A stretch of 63,174 bases of DNA, the filler included, from Octopus bimaculoides (lineage: Eukaryota): NCBI RefSeq assembly GCF_001194135.2. It is 9 parts of 5 records of this genome, joined end to end, with 100 filler letters (N's around TTAATTAATTAA, not from the genome) between each part and the next. Parts side by side here need not be neighbours in the genome. Positions count along the whole stretch, not along the records: positions 13,685 to 32,044 come from NC_068989.1; positions 32,145 to 39,051 come from NC_068989.1; 7 more parts are not named here. One strand, given 5' to 3'. The stretch's first letter is position 1; each line of letters starts with the position of its first letter. Shown here one piece after another: positions 21,186-35,125 of this stretch. Position numbers and translations under genes: made by a program. The notes under the pieces were generated by a model, which worked only from the letters and a program-made list of their open reading frames with translations, was not told the DNA's origin and searched no databases.

Positions 21186-22524
21186 CGTTGGTTTGCATAG
21201 AATTAAGTAATCAATATGCATAGCAATTTCTTAATGTCACAACCAGATTATGCTGCCCTCACAGACAATACTCTTCAAAGACAATTATGATGCAATTTTG
21301 TACAAAAGTTTCCAGCGAAAATGAAATTATAATTTAGTAACGTTCTTAATAAAATCTAGCATGCTTTTTAAATATAAACAATGATTCGAGTAAATTAAGT
21401 TCCCTGTGATCTTAAGCAAATTCGCATTTTTTGTTCGCCTAGCAAAATAACTTATATCATCTTAGATCGCAATTTTCCTGTAAAAAGGGCAATTTATAAA
21501 CTAAGATTTTTATTGCTATTTTTACTATTAATGAACAATGTTTTCATTTATCAAAAAAAGACAACAGGAAAATTATAAAATTATTTTCATATGTTTTAAT
21601 CAATTTCCTTTATAATATTATCCTACCACCTTGTGAAACGTTTTCGGTGAAAACTTTTAAAGTAAAATATAAACTCTACTTTAATGGATCTGTTTGATCA
21701 ACTACAGCAATTAGAGTGGAGAAAACACATTACTTCACATAATGTGAAATAAGAAAATAAAGTATTCACCAAAGATGTAACAGCTACGACAACAGCCGTC
21801 TGACAAATCTTTCTTCTTCCATGTTGGGCATGGAGGAAGGATTAAAACTCTTATGAAGGAATAACAATACATTTCAAGTAAACCCACAGCACTGCAACCA
21901 CTTTACCTGAAATCAAATGTCAGCCATTGAGAAAGGCCTCTGCACAGTCACCGATCTGCTAGTTATAGCAATTACATTGTTCTCAACTTGCACTCAAATA
22001 ACTAATGAAACATTAAATATAGTAGTCTAAGATATATTATGACTTTACACTAAACAGTAATAACAAAAATCTAATCATAAAATCAAATACTCAACTGGAT
22101 GAAATATTTGGGATGAAATATTTCAATCAATTGAAAGGAGAAACCTGTCGAGTTTCTTTATCCCCGCAAAATGTGCCTAGACTTTTCCCGTCTTGTCTAC
22201 ATAAGCTTACAGACGATAAGAACCTTGTCATTAAGGTTGGTGATAAACTTCTACACTAATTACACCTCCTGCTGGTACTAAGTATTAAGCCTAACTATTG
22301 AAAAGAACTTCAGCTTCCAATACAAATACTCTTGTGAATGGTACAAAACATTCATCAATAAATAACAATCAAACTCCGTACCAGTATCACAAATATAGCA
22401 GCTAACTTTCTTAAATATAGTGGTTTGTGAGTGAGGGCGAAGTGGAATTGCAACGGTGACGTAATGGGAATGATTTAAAACCCAGAAATTCAGTGGATCC
22501 TCTTCAATAATTATTTCTGCTATA

Positions 22525-22705
22525 GGTACAAGACCTGAAATTTCGGAGATTAGTTGATTACATCGACCCCAGTGCTCAAGTGGTACTTATTTTATCAATC
22601 CCGAAAAGATGAAAGGCAAAGCCGACCTCGACAGAACTTGAACACAGAATGTAATGAGTCGGAAGAAATGCTACTAAGCATTATTTCCATCGCGGAAAGG
22701 AACAA
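22525..22705 (-). mobile_element. SINE family A copy
   Basis: gattacatcgaccccagtgctcaagtggtacttattttatc...gaaaggcaaagccgacctcg. Confidence 0.85.
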
Positions 22706-23740
22706 AATATAGAAGCAAATTCTGGCATAAACAACTGAATTGAATAAAGGGGACACTTCAACGCAGGTAAGTGACAGATGATAAAAGATATAAAACATGG
22801 ACGCAGACGGAAATGTATGGTTAAGAAGTTCGCTTCACAATCGCGTAGTTCTAAGATTTATCTTATTACAAAGTACATTGGAAAATGTCTGCTATTTTAT
22901 CCTCTGGTCAAGCATTGAAAGTGAAACTGGATAGATGGAGAAATTGAGGAAGTCCATTAGAAGCACAGACTGGACTTATTCCTGAGCGAAAAAGACTTAA
23001 TCCTTTACATGATTTGGCCCCAACTCCTGACTGTTAGGTACCTTTACCAGAGACCCTTGCGTTATAATTATTGGGAGATCTTAATGTGCTCCTTCTTACT
23101 GCAGTAATCCATGAGCCGTGGTTCTTTCATCTCTATCTTTCGTATCAGTCTTAGAAACCCTGAAAAGGTCATGGATGATGCTCTTTCTACTCAGAATGAA
23201 CCTTTAAAAAGAATTATCTGAAAGTAGAGAAACAGAAAGTTTAAGGGTAGAGAGATAAAATAGAAAGGAAGAAAAATAAAAATTCAGATCAATTTTCTGA
23301 CCTTCATCAGCTAACTTCCACAGTTTAAGACGCTGACGCCTATGAAACTGATAAAACTGTGCTGTTTAATGACTTCTACTAAAAACAGATTTGAAACTGG
23401 AAGAAGTTTGTGAATGAAACTTACTGGCACCAATCTAATGATATTGAACTGTCTTTTGATATCTCAACAAAGTTCAATTGTAATAGAAAAAAATAGACAT
23501 GTATTAGTTGCTATATTTCTTAAGTCAGTAGATAATTGCCAATGAAAAAGTGTGTTTCTTCTACAGCGTCAATAGTTTAATCTTCTCACTGAATCAATAT
23601 TCACTGATAACGTTGTTTGCTGCGGCTGTTAGCACAGCGAAAAAGAGGAGTGTGTGCGTGTGGATGAGAGAGGGTGTGGGGGTATGCATGAGCGGGGTAG
23701 GGTGGAATGTGAGTGCGTGTGTGTAAGAGAGGGAGAGAGA

Positions 23741-23805
<65 letters not shown>

Positions 23806-23850
23806 TGTGTGTGTGTGTGTGTGTGCGTGTGTGTGTATGTGTGTGTAAGA

Positions 23851-23920
<70 letters not shown>

Positions 23921-24494
23921 TACTCCGGACATAGATATGGAGTGTGTACGAAATGTATGAGGGAAGTGGATATGCATAACTGTGTAAAGGTATGTGTGTC
24001 TGTGTGTGTCTATCTGTGCAATTTATCGTATTTAAGGTGTATGTTATATGTGCGCTAGTAGATACAGTATGGCCGAATGATTAAGAAGCTAGCTTTCGAC
24101 CTCGCTGCGTGGTATCTTACGAGAATGCCGCTTTTTATAGCCTCGATTGACCTATACTTTGTGAATGAAATTGAGTAAATAGAAACTTCTAAAAACCTCT
24201 CGGGAAACTGTATATGTAACTCAAAAAGCACAGCCATGTGATACATTGTATTACGTCAATTTTGCCAGAGAATTATGTTAAGTATACGTTTCTGTAGAAC
24301 ACTCAGCCACTTAGACGTTAATTCAGGAGCAGATAATTTAGTTGATCGACCAACTAAATACTCATTATCGAACGAGGGAGATCTACCACCAACACGTGTG
24401 CTTGCAGAATGTAATATGCAAGTTAATATATTACGCGTACGAGTACCTATCCATCTCTGAGTGTATTGTAACAATCTATACACATATATATAAA

Positions 24495-24536
<42 letters not shown>

Positions 24537-25594
24537 TCGTTGGTGTGTGGAATAATGCTATAATGAATTTTTCAGTTTAACGAAAGTATTTTCATTCTCT
24601 GACCACAAGCATGTTAAAAACGGTAGGATATTCTCGTGATGATGAAATTTGTCATACAAATATTTCATTACAACGAAACAAAATTGAACCCCTCGTTGTC
24701 AAAATTTCTTGCTACCACAAAAAATCTCGACCCAATTACTCCCTGCACATATATCATCCTACCAAGATATTCACAGCGCGTAGAACTCACAAAACGCTGC
24801 TCCAAATTACCAATTTGATATTTTTAATGGTTAACTCGACTCATATGGTTATTCAAATGTTGACACACACAGAATGGGGCAGGAATTTACAAACTTTTCC
24901 CTCTCCCCTTCTCTCTTAAACCCCTTAAGAGGTGCATTTTACACCTTGGATGGATGATAGTGATTACACAGCATCTCACCAATGTACTACTACAAGTGTA
25001 AAAATGTGTCGAAACAATTGTAGTGATTTTAAATAAAGAATGTCGCTCATTCAATTTTCTATTGTTTGTCTATTTATATAAACTCTATGCACACTATGGA
25101 ATTCTTGATGTATATCCAACAACAAGACCATTTCCACTGTATAATGACATCAGGTAGCCAATAACTATGGACGAGTTTTGCATAGCAAAGTGTAGGTGAA
25201 ATAAGAAGGTAAACACATTCTTTATATGCTATTGAACCCGTGTGCTGTCTGCAGCAGTGTTTCTAGTTGTTTATCATCTGCAATGTAGGTCGTCCATGTA
25301 AAAAGATAAATTCAAGTGTCCTTTGATTTTGTATGATTATTTTGGTCATATCTTACATCTCAATCGTATTTATTTCTCCTTTTTTAAATCGTGTTTTTTT
25401 CGTTATCGAATTTATCAACAATTGAGAGATCATTCGTATGGTTATTATTGTTGTTGTTGTTGTTACTACAGCTGATTTTATTATTTTCATTTATTTATTT
25501 ATTTATTATTATTGGAGACTGTTAGCAATTGTAGTGATTGTAAATAAATAATGTCGCTCATTCCATTCACAGCTGATTTTATTATTTTTATTTA

Positions 25595-25775
<181 letters not shown>

Positions 25776-26017
25776 ATTATTTCTCTTTTCCTTGAGGCCG
25801 ACCTTACTTATCTACGCATTATAATACCGTAGTCGGTGTTGTGCAGTTTGAGCCAATGATCTTGGTGGACTGTTTATTTTGGAAGAATTGTATTTTCGAG
25901 TTATAATTTCAAGCTGATAAGCACAGAAAATTCTCGTAGTGAAAGCATCATACAATACAATTTCTCTCAAGGATTATAATCTGAGCATATTTGCGAAGAC
26001 ATCTAGAAGTATATTCT

Positions 26018-26047
26018 GTGTGCGTGCGTGCGTGTGTGTTTGGGCCC

Positions 26048-26078
<31 letters not shown>

Positions 26079-26145
26079 TGTTTGGGCCCGCGTGCGTGCG
26101 TGCGTGCGTGCGTGTATGTGTGTTTGGGCCCGCGCGCGTGTGTGT
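26018..26145. repeat. 42-bp minisatellite built on (GCGT)n
   Basis: TTTGGGCCCG at 26039, 26081 and 26123, exactly 42 bp apart. Confidence 0.9.
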
Positions 26146-27139
26146 ACTATGTTATGTAAATGTCCATGAACTTGAAACGATCTAAACAGAATGCGCGTTT
26201 ACGAAAGTTTTCCTTATACATTTCTCGTAAACGGAATGAATGCGAACATGTCCAACTAAAAAATTCAGTGCCTAACATTTTATTGCTCCTAACGATTCAG
26301 TAAAACGATTTCACAATATTCTAAGCCATTTATATGTTCTCTTGCTGGGCTTAAATAAAAAAAAAATTGTTTCTGGAAGCAACAACTACTAATGATATTT
26401 ATACTGTGGCCCCTAAACTCAATTCTAAAACCTTACTATATATTATAAAGTAGCATTAATCTTTATCATGCATAGCTTAATGTTAATAACTAGGTCCTTT
26501 ACTCATATTCTCAGAAGATCCATGAAGTCAGGTGTGTTATTCTAACCAAAACTGAATGTGTTAAAACATTTTGTCAAAGTACTGAAGTGATTAACATCAT
26601 ATTGGAATCTAACCTGTTTTGTCAAAATTTCTAGAAAGAATTCAAAGGGAAGATAATTCCTACAATCAACAGTATCCGTTGATTACTGTGCCTGGATGAA
26701 TATCGCCATTGATCAGCAATTACTTATTAATCATCATGTCTGATTAACTTCTTTATCTTCCCAGATATATTTCCACTATCCACTGATTCTGGGTGCAGTC
26801 CAGCTCTAGTAGAAAGAAACTCTCAAGAAAGCAGAAGGCGTTCAGAGAAGTAACCCCTCTCTGGCAAATGTTTCAGACTTTAACATCTTACACTCAAAAT
26901 GGGACGGGAAGCATCCAGGTCATGACTCCTGGATGCCCTTTTACTGAAAATTGAATATCAATTGAATATGCATTTAAACCTCTTGGTGATTTCATCTAGT
27001 TGTAACTTCTCTCCGTTGACTCAACTTTCAAACCTATACTTAAAGAAGAATCAACGTTAGTTGTCATGGCAACGTTATCACAACGACTCATTCATTGTTA
27101 CTTCCATTAACGTATAAAGATGTGTGCATGTTTCTAATC

Positions 27140-27940
27140 GCGTAAAACACTATTTCCCAATAGTCGCTGTAAATATAATCTTTATTGGTCAAATTTTGGA
27201 CAAAATATTCTAAATTATTACCAATACGGTTTTATTCATCTATGTATATTGTTCTCCAGTTTGTATGGTGCCACGGGGGTCCTTCAGAAAACTAACTTCA
27301 TTTTTGTAATATTCCTATACCTAAGATAAAGCTTTTAAAACTGAAGATCATGGAATACAAACTTTAAGATGATGGTGTTATATTATATGGGACATAGTAA
27401 TCAAAAACTTACAAACATTAGAGACTTGAAATCTCCAGAAATAATTATAGCTAATGGTGTAGTTCAAGGTTCAGTTCGTAGACCGTTGCTCTTTCCCAAA
27501 TTACTTCAATACATGTTTAGACTAGTTTCACGTTCCTGATGATACTACTGAAAGTAACATCAAACTACTATTCAAGACATTAAAACAACGAACTAATTAA
27601 TATATCAGAATGTCTGAATTTTAATAAAATTACACAAAAAAGTAAAAGATCAAATAACGCGTATGAATTATTTGGTGTTATTGATACGACTGCTCTCACA
27701 CTAATTTGGAATGACACAAAACAGAAAGATTAGTAGAAATGAATGCCTCATTTCATCTTGTCCGAGGTGTACAAGTTGGTGATAAAATTAATCGGAATCA
27801 GAATGGTAATTTGATCAATCTAAAATTATCAAAAGCTATATTGACTCTTAAAAGACATAAACATATTCCGTCTAGTAAACAAATTAAAAACTGTGTATCT
27901 CTTTTTAATCATCAACATCTAGGTTATATACTTAGGTAGA
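27140..27940 (+). mobile_element. Ancient CR1/L2-type LINE reverse transcriptase remnant
   Basis: Fragmentary motifs in the expected order: YQYGF (~27220), KAFKTEDHGI (~27328), NGVVQGSVRRPLLF (~27453), INLKLSKAILTLKR (~27813). Confidence 0.7.
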
Positions 27941-28240
27941 AGTAAACATATTTAATGCAGTAAGGGAAAAAATGTCTAATCACTTAAAATTACATCCGTA
28001 GTGAAAGGAAAATTCATTAACATGTACAATAATTATTGTTAATGGTGCGGGAGACAACTTCGAAATTTATATTTAAAAAATGGGTATGCAGTGGGTTGTG
28101 AGTGGAATCGCTGGTAAGCAGTGTGACAATTCTGGACATGGTTCAGGCTGATTAGTCCTGACATCAATATGTAAGTACTTAACTTCACCGAAAAGGTCGA
28201 AAAAAGAGAAATATTACAATAGTCACTGTTGTAATAGACA

Positions 28241-28290
28241 CTAATGAAAGGAATTAACCTAATGAAAGGAATTAACCTAATGAAAGGAAT
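28241..28290. repeat. 18-bp tandem repeat, ~2.8 copies
   Basis: ctaatgaaaggaattaac x2 + ctaatgaaaggaat. Confidence 0.9.
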
Positions 28291-29667
28291 CTGTTCCATA
28301 TAAATACTTGTTCATTTCTTTCAATGGAATGATTATTTAGGCGACTTCTATTGCAGACCGTTCAGTAATGAGAAAAGATAAGATACAAATATATTAAAAC
28401 GTACTACAGATGGGTGTATTTCACAAAATGCTGTTGCTGTCCTACTTCAAGTCAGCTTTGATCTTGCAAACCCATAATCAAAACCATTCCAACAGTGACC
28501 ATCTTGTATTTGATTTCAACAGTTTAAAAGCGACTACATTATCTCATTATCGCATTTACAGACGTTTGTATGTGACCTGAAAAAGACTTGCGTACCACTT
28601 TCAAAAGATCGAGCGACTATGTCGATTGGTTGTGGTGGAGGGGTGGTTTAGCGTTTGTTGTTGGTAGTGGTGGCAATGATGGTGTTGTGTTTAGCTCAAG
28701 ATCAGCCTTCAATGAGCAGATCTATGATCAAAGGCTTTCCAGCCATGGCCAGCCTATTTTTGTTCCAAGCCAAGTGTATTTCGGACATTACTCAGTTCCC
28801 TTTTGTAAAATGGTAAAGATGTAATTCCAAGGAAATCTGTCTATTATTTCAAATGGTTCAAGCATAGATGCCCTCTCAGCGGCACCTTAATTATTAAAAG
28901 AGAATGTCTCTATTTCCTAAACCAGGTAGCAAAGTCTAAATTAGGAGGTAAGTAAAAATACTAAGATACAGAGTTAATAATATAAGGGGATAAGAGTTTT
29001 TCCTGAGCCCTGAGTTTAAATTCCTGTATTCTTTCAAAAGATTAGCTTTTTAGCTTGGTTTACCTTTATCTAGTCTCTCTATATTTATTTATTTATTTAT
29101 TTATTGTCATAATAGAAACTCTCTGCAAGACTGGTTAGATGTAGAATATTCCACTTCTCATTGTGGAACAAATTTCCTCAACGCAGTCTCTTGTGTATAA
29201 TTTTTTTATGCTTTTAAGATTTCTATTCGTTTCTTTTTTTATATATTTTTTGTCTTTTTTTTCATCTACAGTATAACAATGCTAAAATATATACATTTTG
29301 TATAAGGAACCCATTATTGTAACATATAATTTTGTAATGTACCAGCTTTGAGAATCAAATAAAATGTCTAGGTAACGACCGATCTATCTATTCATCCTTT
29401 GTCGATATAATTTGCTTGCTTCTGGTTAGTTTGATGTTTAAGAAGTCATTTCTAGTTGATGTCGTCTGAAGTCTTTTAACTAATGTTTTTATAACAGTTT
29501 TTGTTGCATCTGTCATCACACTCATTATGCACATTATGAGTTTCTCTAGTCATAGTATATGTACAGTATTCACCATCCTGTCATTATTATTTTCAATACT
29601 TACCTCCATAAACGAGATGTTATTAACAATTCTGAGTTTATATGTAAATTTAAGTACAGATGCCATT

Positions 29668-29677
29668 TCTGTTGTTG

Positions 29678-29716
<39 letters not shown>

Positions 29717-29731
29717 TTGTTGTTGTTGTTT
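29668..29731. repeat. (GTT)n(GCT)n(GTT)n microsatellite
   Basis: Directly visible; source of the poly-Cys and poly-Ala pseudo-ORFs. Confidence 0.9.
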
Positions 29732-30424
29732 CATTATATCATTCATAGCATCTCATCGATAAATCTACAATAAACTGTAAAAATTTTGTAACAAGGCAAG
29801 AAGTAGATTGCTGTGTTGGTATCTGGTCCTAGATCAACCTTAATCGAATTGAAATATGGTCAAAGGTAGACATAGTTTTACTTCAAGTGAGATTATCACT
29901 GCATAGATGGCAGTACGGTTAAGAGCTTTACTTCATAATTACGTGTTCGATTTCACAGCAAGGCAAATTTGGATGAGTGTCTTTTTATCAGTGCCTTTGA
30001 TGGAACCAAGTACTGTGATTGGAAATAGACAGAAACTGTCTATTCTTTAATCCGTTTACCCATTTTAATACTACTACCACATCATTAGTGAGGTAGAGCC
30101 TTAAGTAGAGTCTACTCTGTTTCAAATATTGGAAACAGGACCCGAGTTTCTTTTAATATCTCACCACCATTCTCAGAGCTCCTGTAAAAAGATGACTGGC
30201 ATTGTTACTTCTCTCTATAAAAAAAATCACATTGTATCACGGTTTAAATTATTCAATGTGATCTTATATTTTTAAGACTATGAAATGAGATTCGAGTGAT
30301 ATGTGGCTTCTATTTCTCGAAGACTGAGCAACTACGGTGAACTAAAATGGGTACTTCTTTATTATATCTCAATCTGCATGAAAGGACAGTGATATCTCCT
30401 TCAAATGTCATCCTACTGCCACGC

Positions 30425-30686
30425 ATCTTTATCTTCTATTTTTTACTTGTTTAAGTCATTAGACAGCGGTCATGCTGGGGTACCGTCTTAAAGAAGTTGT
30501 AGTCGAATGAATCGATACCAGTATTTATGTTTTTCTGTGTCTGGTACTTATTCTATCCGTCACTTTTGCCGAACCGCTATGTTACAGGACGTAAACACAC
30601 CAATACCGGTTGGTAATCGGCGGTGGTGGGGACACACAGACACGAACACACACACACACACACATATACATGTGTGTGTTTGTGTG

Positions 30687-30731
<45 letters not shown>

Positions 30732-31095
30732 NNNNNNNNNNNNNNNNNNNNNNNNNNNNNNNNNNNNNNNNNNNNNNNNNNNNNNNNNNNNNNNNNNNNN
30801 NNNNNNNNNNNNNNNNNNNNNNNNNNNNNNNNNNNNNNNNNNNNNNNNNNNNNNNNNNNNNNNNNNNNNNNNNNNNNNNNNNNNNNNNNNNNNNNNNNNN
30901 NNNNNNNNNNNNNNNNNTATGTATGTATGTATGTATGTATGTATGTATGTATGTATGTATGTATGTATACGACAGGCTTCTTTCAGTTTCCGTCTACCAA
31001 ATCCTCTCACAAGGCTTTGGTCGGCCCGAGACTATAGTAGAAGACAATTGCCCGGAACCATGTGGTTGGAAAGAAAGCTTGTAACCACACCTCCA
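30425..31095 (-). mobile_element. SINE family B with expanded internal microsatellite (gap inside)
   Basis: tttacttgttt.agtcatt...gtacttattctatc...gccgaaccgct...(CA/TA/TATG)n...gacaggcttctttcagtttccgtctaccaaatcc. Confidence 0.88.
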
Positions 31096-31761
31096 TTCAT
31101 TATCTAGGATAATGTGGGGTTGGGTATAACGTACCTTATAAACAACGAGATGGTGGCAGATACAGGACCGCCTATGATCATAAGTCTATTCGATCAGTGC
31201 TGACCTAGTGTTATATAACAACAACCAGATAGGGTTGGAAGGGTTTCTCAAAAAAAGCATAATGTAACTATTGTTGTTGTCGCTATTCTTGGTTACTCAT
31301 ACGTCAGCCCTTATCAAGCAGGCCTGTGATCAAAAGCATTCCTGCCACGACCATTTCATCAGTTTGTATATCTAGAGCTGCTTTGTCTGATGAGACCTTT
31401 CCTTTTTAAAACAGTAAGGTTTGAATTGATGAAGATTTGGCAGCTATTTCCAACAAGGTTCGTTAAGTTTAACACTTTTATAGTTCTTTTTTTAAAAATG
31501 TCTCAAGTCCGTGACCCTCTACATTCCTCACCTCAATAAATATTAAACGATATACATTGAAAATCTTAGCGTTGCATGTAAATTCATGCATAGGTTATCA
31601 AATATTTCATTTTTTTATCTGCATATGATAATAATATTTTCTTCAATGGCCAGGAAGCAGAGTCTTAGCTGTCTCAGCCTTTCCCAGTACTTAAGCAGTT
31701 GCAATGAGACGATCTTCTAAGTAAAGCTTCGCTGAATAGCTTCAAGGTCCGCTGTTAATTT

Positions 31762-32008
31762 TACACTGTTGGGTGACCATAGCTGGGAGCAGTAGCATGA
31801 GGCGGCTCAGGACGAATGTCCTCCAGAGGACCATCATGGTTTCCCATCTCTCTGGTCCTGAACGTTCTCAAGATCCAGCCAGCCAGCAGTCTGCACTTTG
31901 TCACCATCTTGGTAATGTGCACTTGGAAAAAGGTATCATCACTCATGCCGATATCCAGGTCCCTCACTAATTTAGGGTCTGGGATTGCAATCCCCTGTGG
32001 ACCAGTGT
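31762..32008 (-). mobile_element. CR1-type LINE ORF2 C-terminal fragment
   Basis: PDPKLVRDLDIGMSDDTFFQVHITKMVTKCRLLAGWILRTFRTRE matches the VRDLGI.MS.D..F..HI......K.....GWILRTF.TR motif of CR1/L2-like RT tails. Confidence 0.8.
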
Positions 32009-32789
32009 ACACAACATATGCATATATATATATATATATATATANNNNNNNNNNNNNNNNNNNNNNNNNNNNNNNNNNNNNNNNNNNNTTAATTAATTAA
32101 NNNNNNNNNNNNNNNNNNNNNNNNNNNNNNNNNNNNNNNNNNNNTATATACATAGATATAGATATATATACATATATATATGTATATATGTATACATGTA
32201 AGTATGTACGTATACGTATGTATATATGCATATATATATTATTTATATTATATATATATGTTTGTCATGTGTGTGAGAGAGAATTAGTGTGCGTGTATGT
32301 GTGCATGCGTGTGTATGCATGTGTGTGCGCGCAGGCGTTTGTATGCATATGTGTATTGTTTTAATCCGACTAGCGACAGAAGTGTTGTGTGCTAGTCTAC
32401 AGATATATCCCCCCCCCACATACACACACATATCATCTGTTTGTTGCCCGGTTAGAGTTTTGGCATCGTATCAGCAAATTGTGAAGCAAACATGAGAGAA
32501 ATTATACTAAATCTATATCCAAAATGTTTCAGGAGCAAACAACAAAAACTAACAAACAAACAAACAAACAATTCGTTTTAAGCAACAAGATAGAAGTAGA
32601 AAAGAGTTCAACGCTTCGGAAAAGGATCATGCATCAATAAAGTTCAGAGGAGGAAGTACGATCCTGTTATGAAAGCTACTGCTCAATGATAAAACAACTA
32701 TTTTATTTTTAGCTTTCTGGGTTTTATATTTTATAAGCAAAATTAATTTTAGCTTATAAATGTATGTACATATCTATCTAGCTAGCTAG

Positions 32790-32829
<40 letters not shown>

Positions 32830-33173
32830 CATACATATATCTTTTTTTTATATTCATACGCTTGTACTTAATCCTCTGGTAGAATAAGCCAAATGCAATG
32901 TGTGAGAAACCAGACCTTTGGAACTAGTTTATTTAATTAAATTACACATCCCTTCGCTCTACCAGTTTTCACTTACAAATTTAAGGTCAACCAGGACCTT
33001 TGAAAAAATAATTTGTCTAGATTGCTGCGTATTGATATCGAACCACATACCTTTTGAATGCGGGGCATACATTTGGCATATAGCACCTCTGTTCATAGTC
33101 TAGCGTGAAGTGAGAACATGTGCACATAAAAATGCCCTCTGTCATACGATACGTAATCACTGTGTCTAATATA

Positions 33174-34555
33174 GATTTCTTTATTAGGCCACGCAGGGCC
33201 GAACACAGAGGGGACAATACAATGTAGAATCTTTCTTTTCAAAACCGATCAACAGGGATCGAAAACCTTTTGGGACGTGTACACAAAGAGATAACACGGT
33301 AACGTTTTAGCAAGAGAAATTCCTCAAAGGTGGAGAAAATATAGCACTGACTAGGGTTATCCGTGGAAAGAAAAATCTACGAAAAATAACCTCGGTAACC
33401 TCGGAAAAATAACCATGAGAGCAAAACGCCCTTCCTCTTTTTGCTTTATAGGTTCATGCTCAAAGTGGGTCCATCATTCATACGTCCCATCTCTGCTACA
33501 TTCACCCACCTTTTATCAAACTTTTCATTAGACAAAACCTCCTTCTTTACTCTCACCTTCCTTTTCAAGTAATACTTGAAAAAGTTAATGAGAGGTTGGC
33601 CAGAGAGGAAAATATTTGTCTCCAAGCCTTTCAAACGAGTCCACCATACTCATTCTTTCGCTAGAGCCACCAGTACGATGAAAACTGCCTTGCCTTCCCG
33701 GTTAAAGGAAAGTAGCGAGGCAGTGTTTACGATAGATTCGGTTGACAGCCAGACTCGTCCTACACGTGACAGCAGTCGTTCGACATAGGCCCACAGGTCT
33801 GAAATATTTAGACATTGCACGAGTGCGTGCAGAACGGTTTTGTCGTTCTGACTGCATCTCGGGCCGGTCGGTTCGGTGTTTTATGAACTGTGTCTGTAGA
33901 CCTTATCTTGAATGGGCAATGCTTCCCGATAGCATTGCCAGGCCAGGGATCTCTGGAAACTGTCTATAGGTCGTGACCCGAAAGTGGTCCTGAAGAGGTG
34001 ACTTAGATATTCCCTGTCGACGCCCAGAGTTTCCCCAAGAACGTCGTCGTACACCCCCACCCAACTAATTCTCTATAAAACGCCTTGATGGAATTGAAAT
34101 CACACAAGTTTGAATCCGGATGGCAGAGTTGCTCGAGAGCATGGTGACACTCGCAGTGCCATTCACCCAGCTTCGGTCTCTACTTGATCCATGATTGCAG
34201 TTCGATAAATGAGACGAGCTGCGAAAAAGCCTGTCTCACAAACGGCGACCGCACCTGTCCACCGTAGTCTATGAAACGCTAGAGATGTCGCAGTCTCAGC
34301 GCATGCCTGCGCATCATCAACCATGGCATATCCAGTCCTCCATTTAACGGATGTTAACAGCAAATGGATTGCCTAACCATCGGAACGCTTCCCCTCCACA
34401 AAAAACGGAATAGTATGCGTTCTAGTTTCGTGATAGTAGGGTCGGGACAGGGCACGACGGTCAAACAGTAGTTGATGACGGATGTGATGTTCGCATTCGC
34501 CACCTCAGCCCGACCTTTTAGAGAAAACTTCCTCTCGGCCCATAGCTGGGTGTGA
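33174..34555 (-). mobile_element. 5'-truncated Tx1/L1-clade LINE: ORF2 C-terminus, 3' UTR and AATAAA
   Basis: Disrupted frames TQLWAERKFSLKGRAEVANANITSVI, LFRFLWRGSVPMVRQSICC*HPLNGGLDMPW, a CCHC-like ..PRCSQNDKTVLHALVQC and LINFFKYYLKRKVRVKKEVLSNEKFDKRW; 3' end ...gtggcctAATAAAgaaat. Confidence 0.85.
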
Positions 34556-34917
34556 TATATTCTTATCAGGAAATACGGTTTCGGGTGACTTCACATCTGG
34601 TGCTGGCTTTTATGCTGCAGTATTAGAGAACGTGGCTTTGTTCCAGAATCGCGATGCTTGAACAAATAAAGAACTATGAAAGATAAGACAACATCGAATA
34701 TATTAAGGTGACCTACATATTATTTTTCTCGCGGAATACGTGAGTTACATACACGTACACACATACACAGATGCACACGCGATACACAGATTCTTGCATA
34801 CTTTGTCACTTTGTGTTGAACGAAAAGCAAAGTCAGCACCAGCGAAGTTTGGACTTAAAAGTATAAGTAAATATGTAAGAGTGTAACTAAATATAGCTCA
34901 ATATCTGGGGTGGTCTC

Positions 34918-35125
34918 AAGGCGGCAAGCTAGCAGAATCGTTAGCACGCCGGGCAAAGTACTTAGCGGTATTTCATCCCACTTTACGTTCTGAGTTCAAA
35001 TTCCAACGGAGTCGACTTTGCCTTATTCTTTTCGAGGTCGATACAATAGGTACCACTTGATTACTGGGATCGATGTAATCAACTTATCCCCGAATTGCTG
35101 GACTTGTATCAAAATTTGAAGCCAG
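34918..35125 (+). mobile_element. SINE family A copy
   Basis: aaggcggcaagctagcagaatcgttagcacgccgggc...ttctgagttcaaattcc... Confidence 0.88.

Noticed and set aside
24256-24483. 75-aa minus ORF with GRSPSFDNEYL, reminiscent of a mariner HTH linker
   Set aside because: Similarity too short, with no TIRs or DDE motifs; left unassigned.
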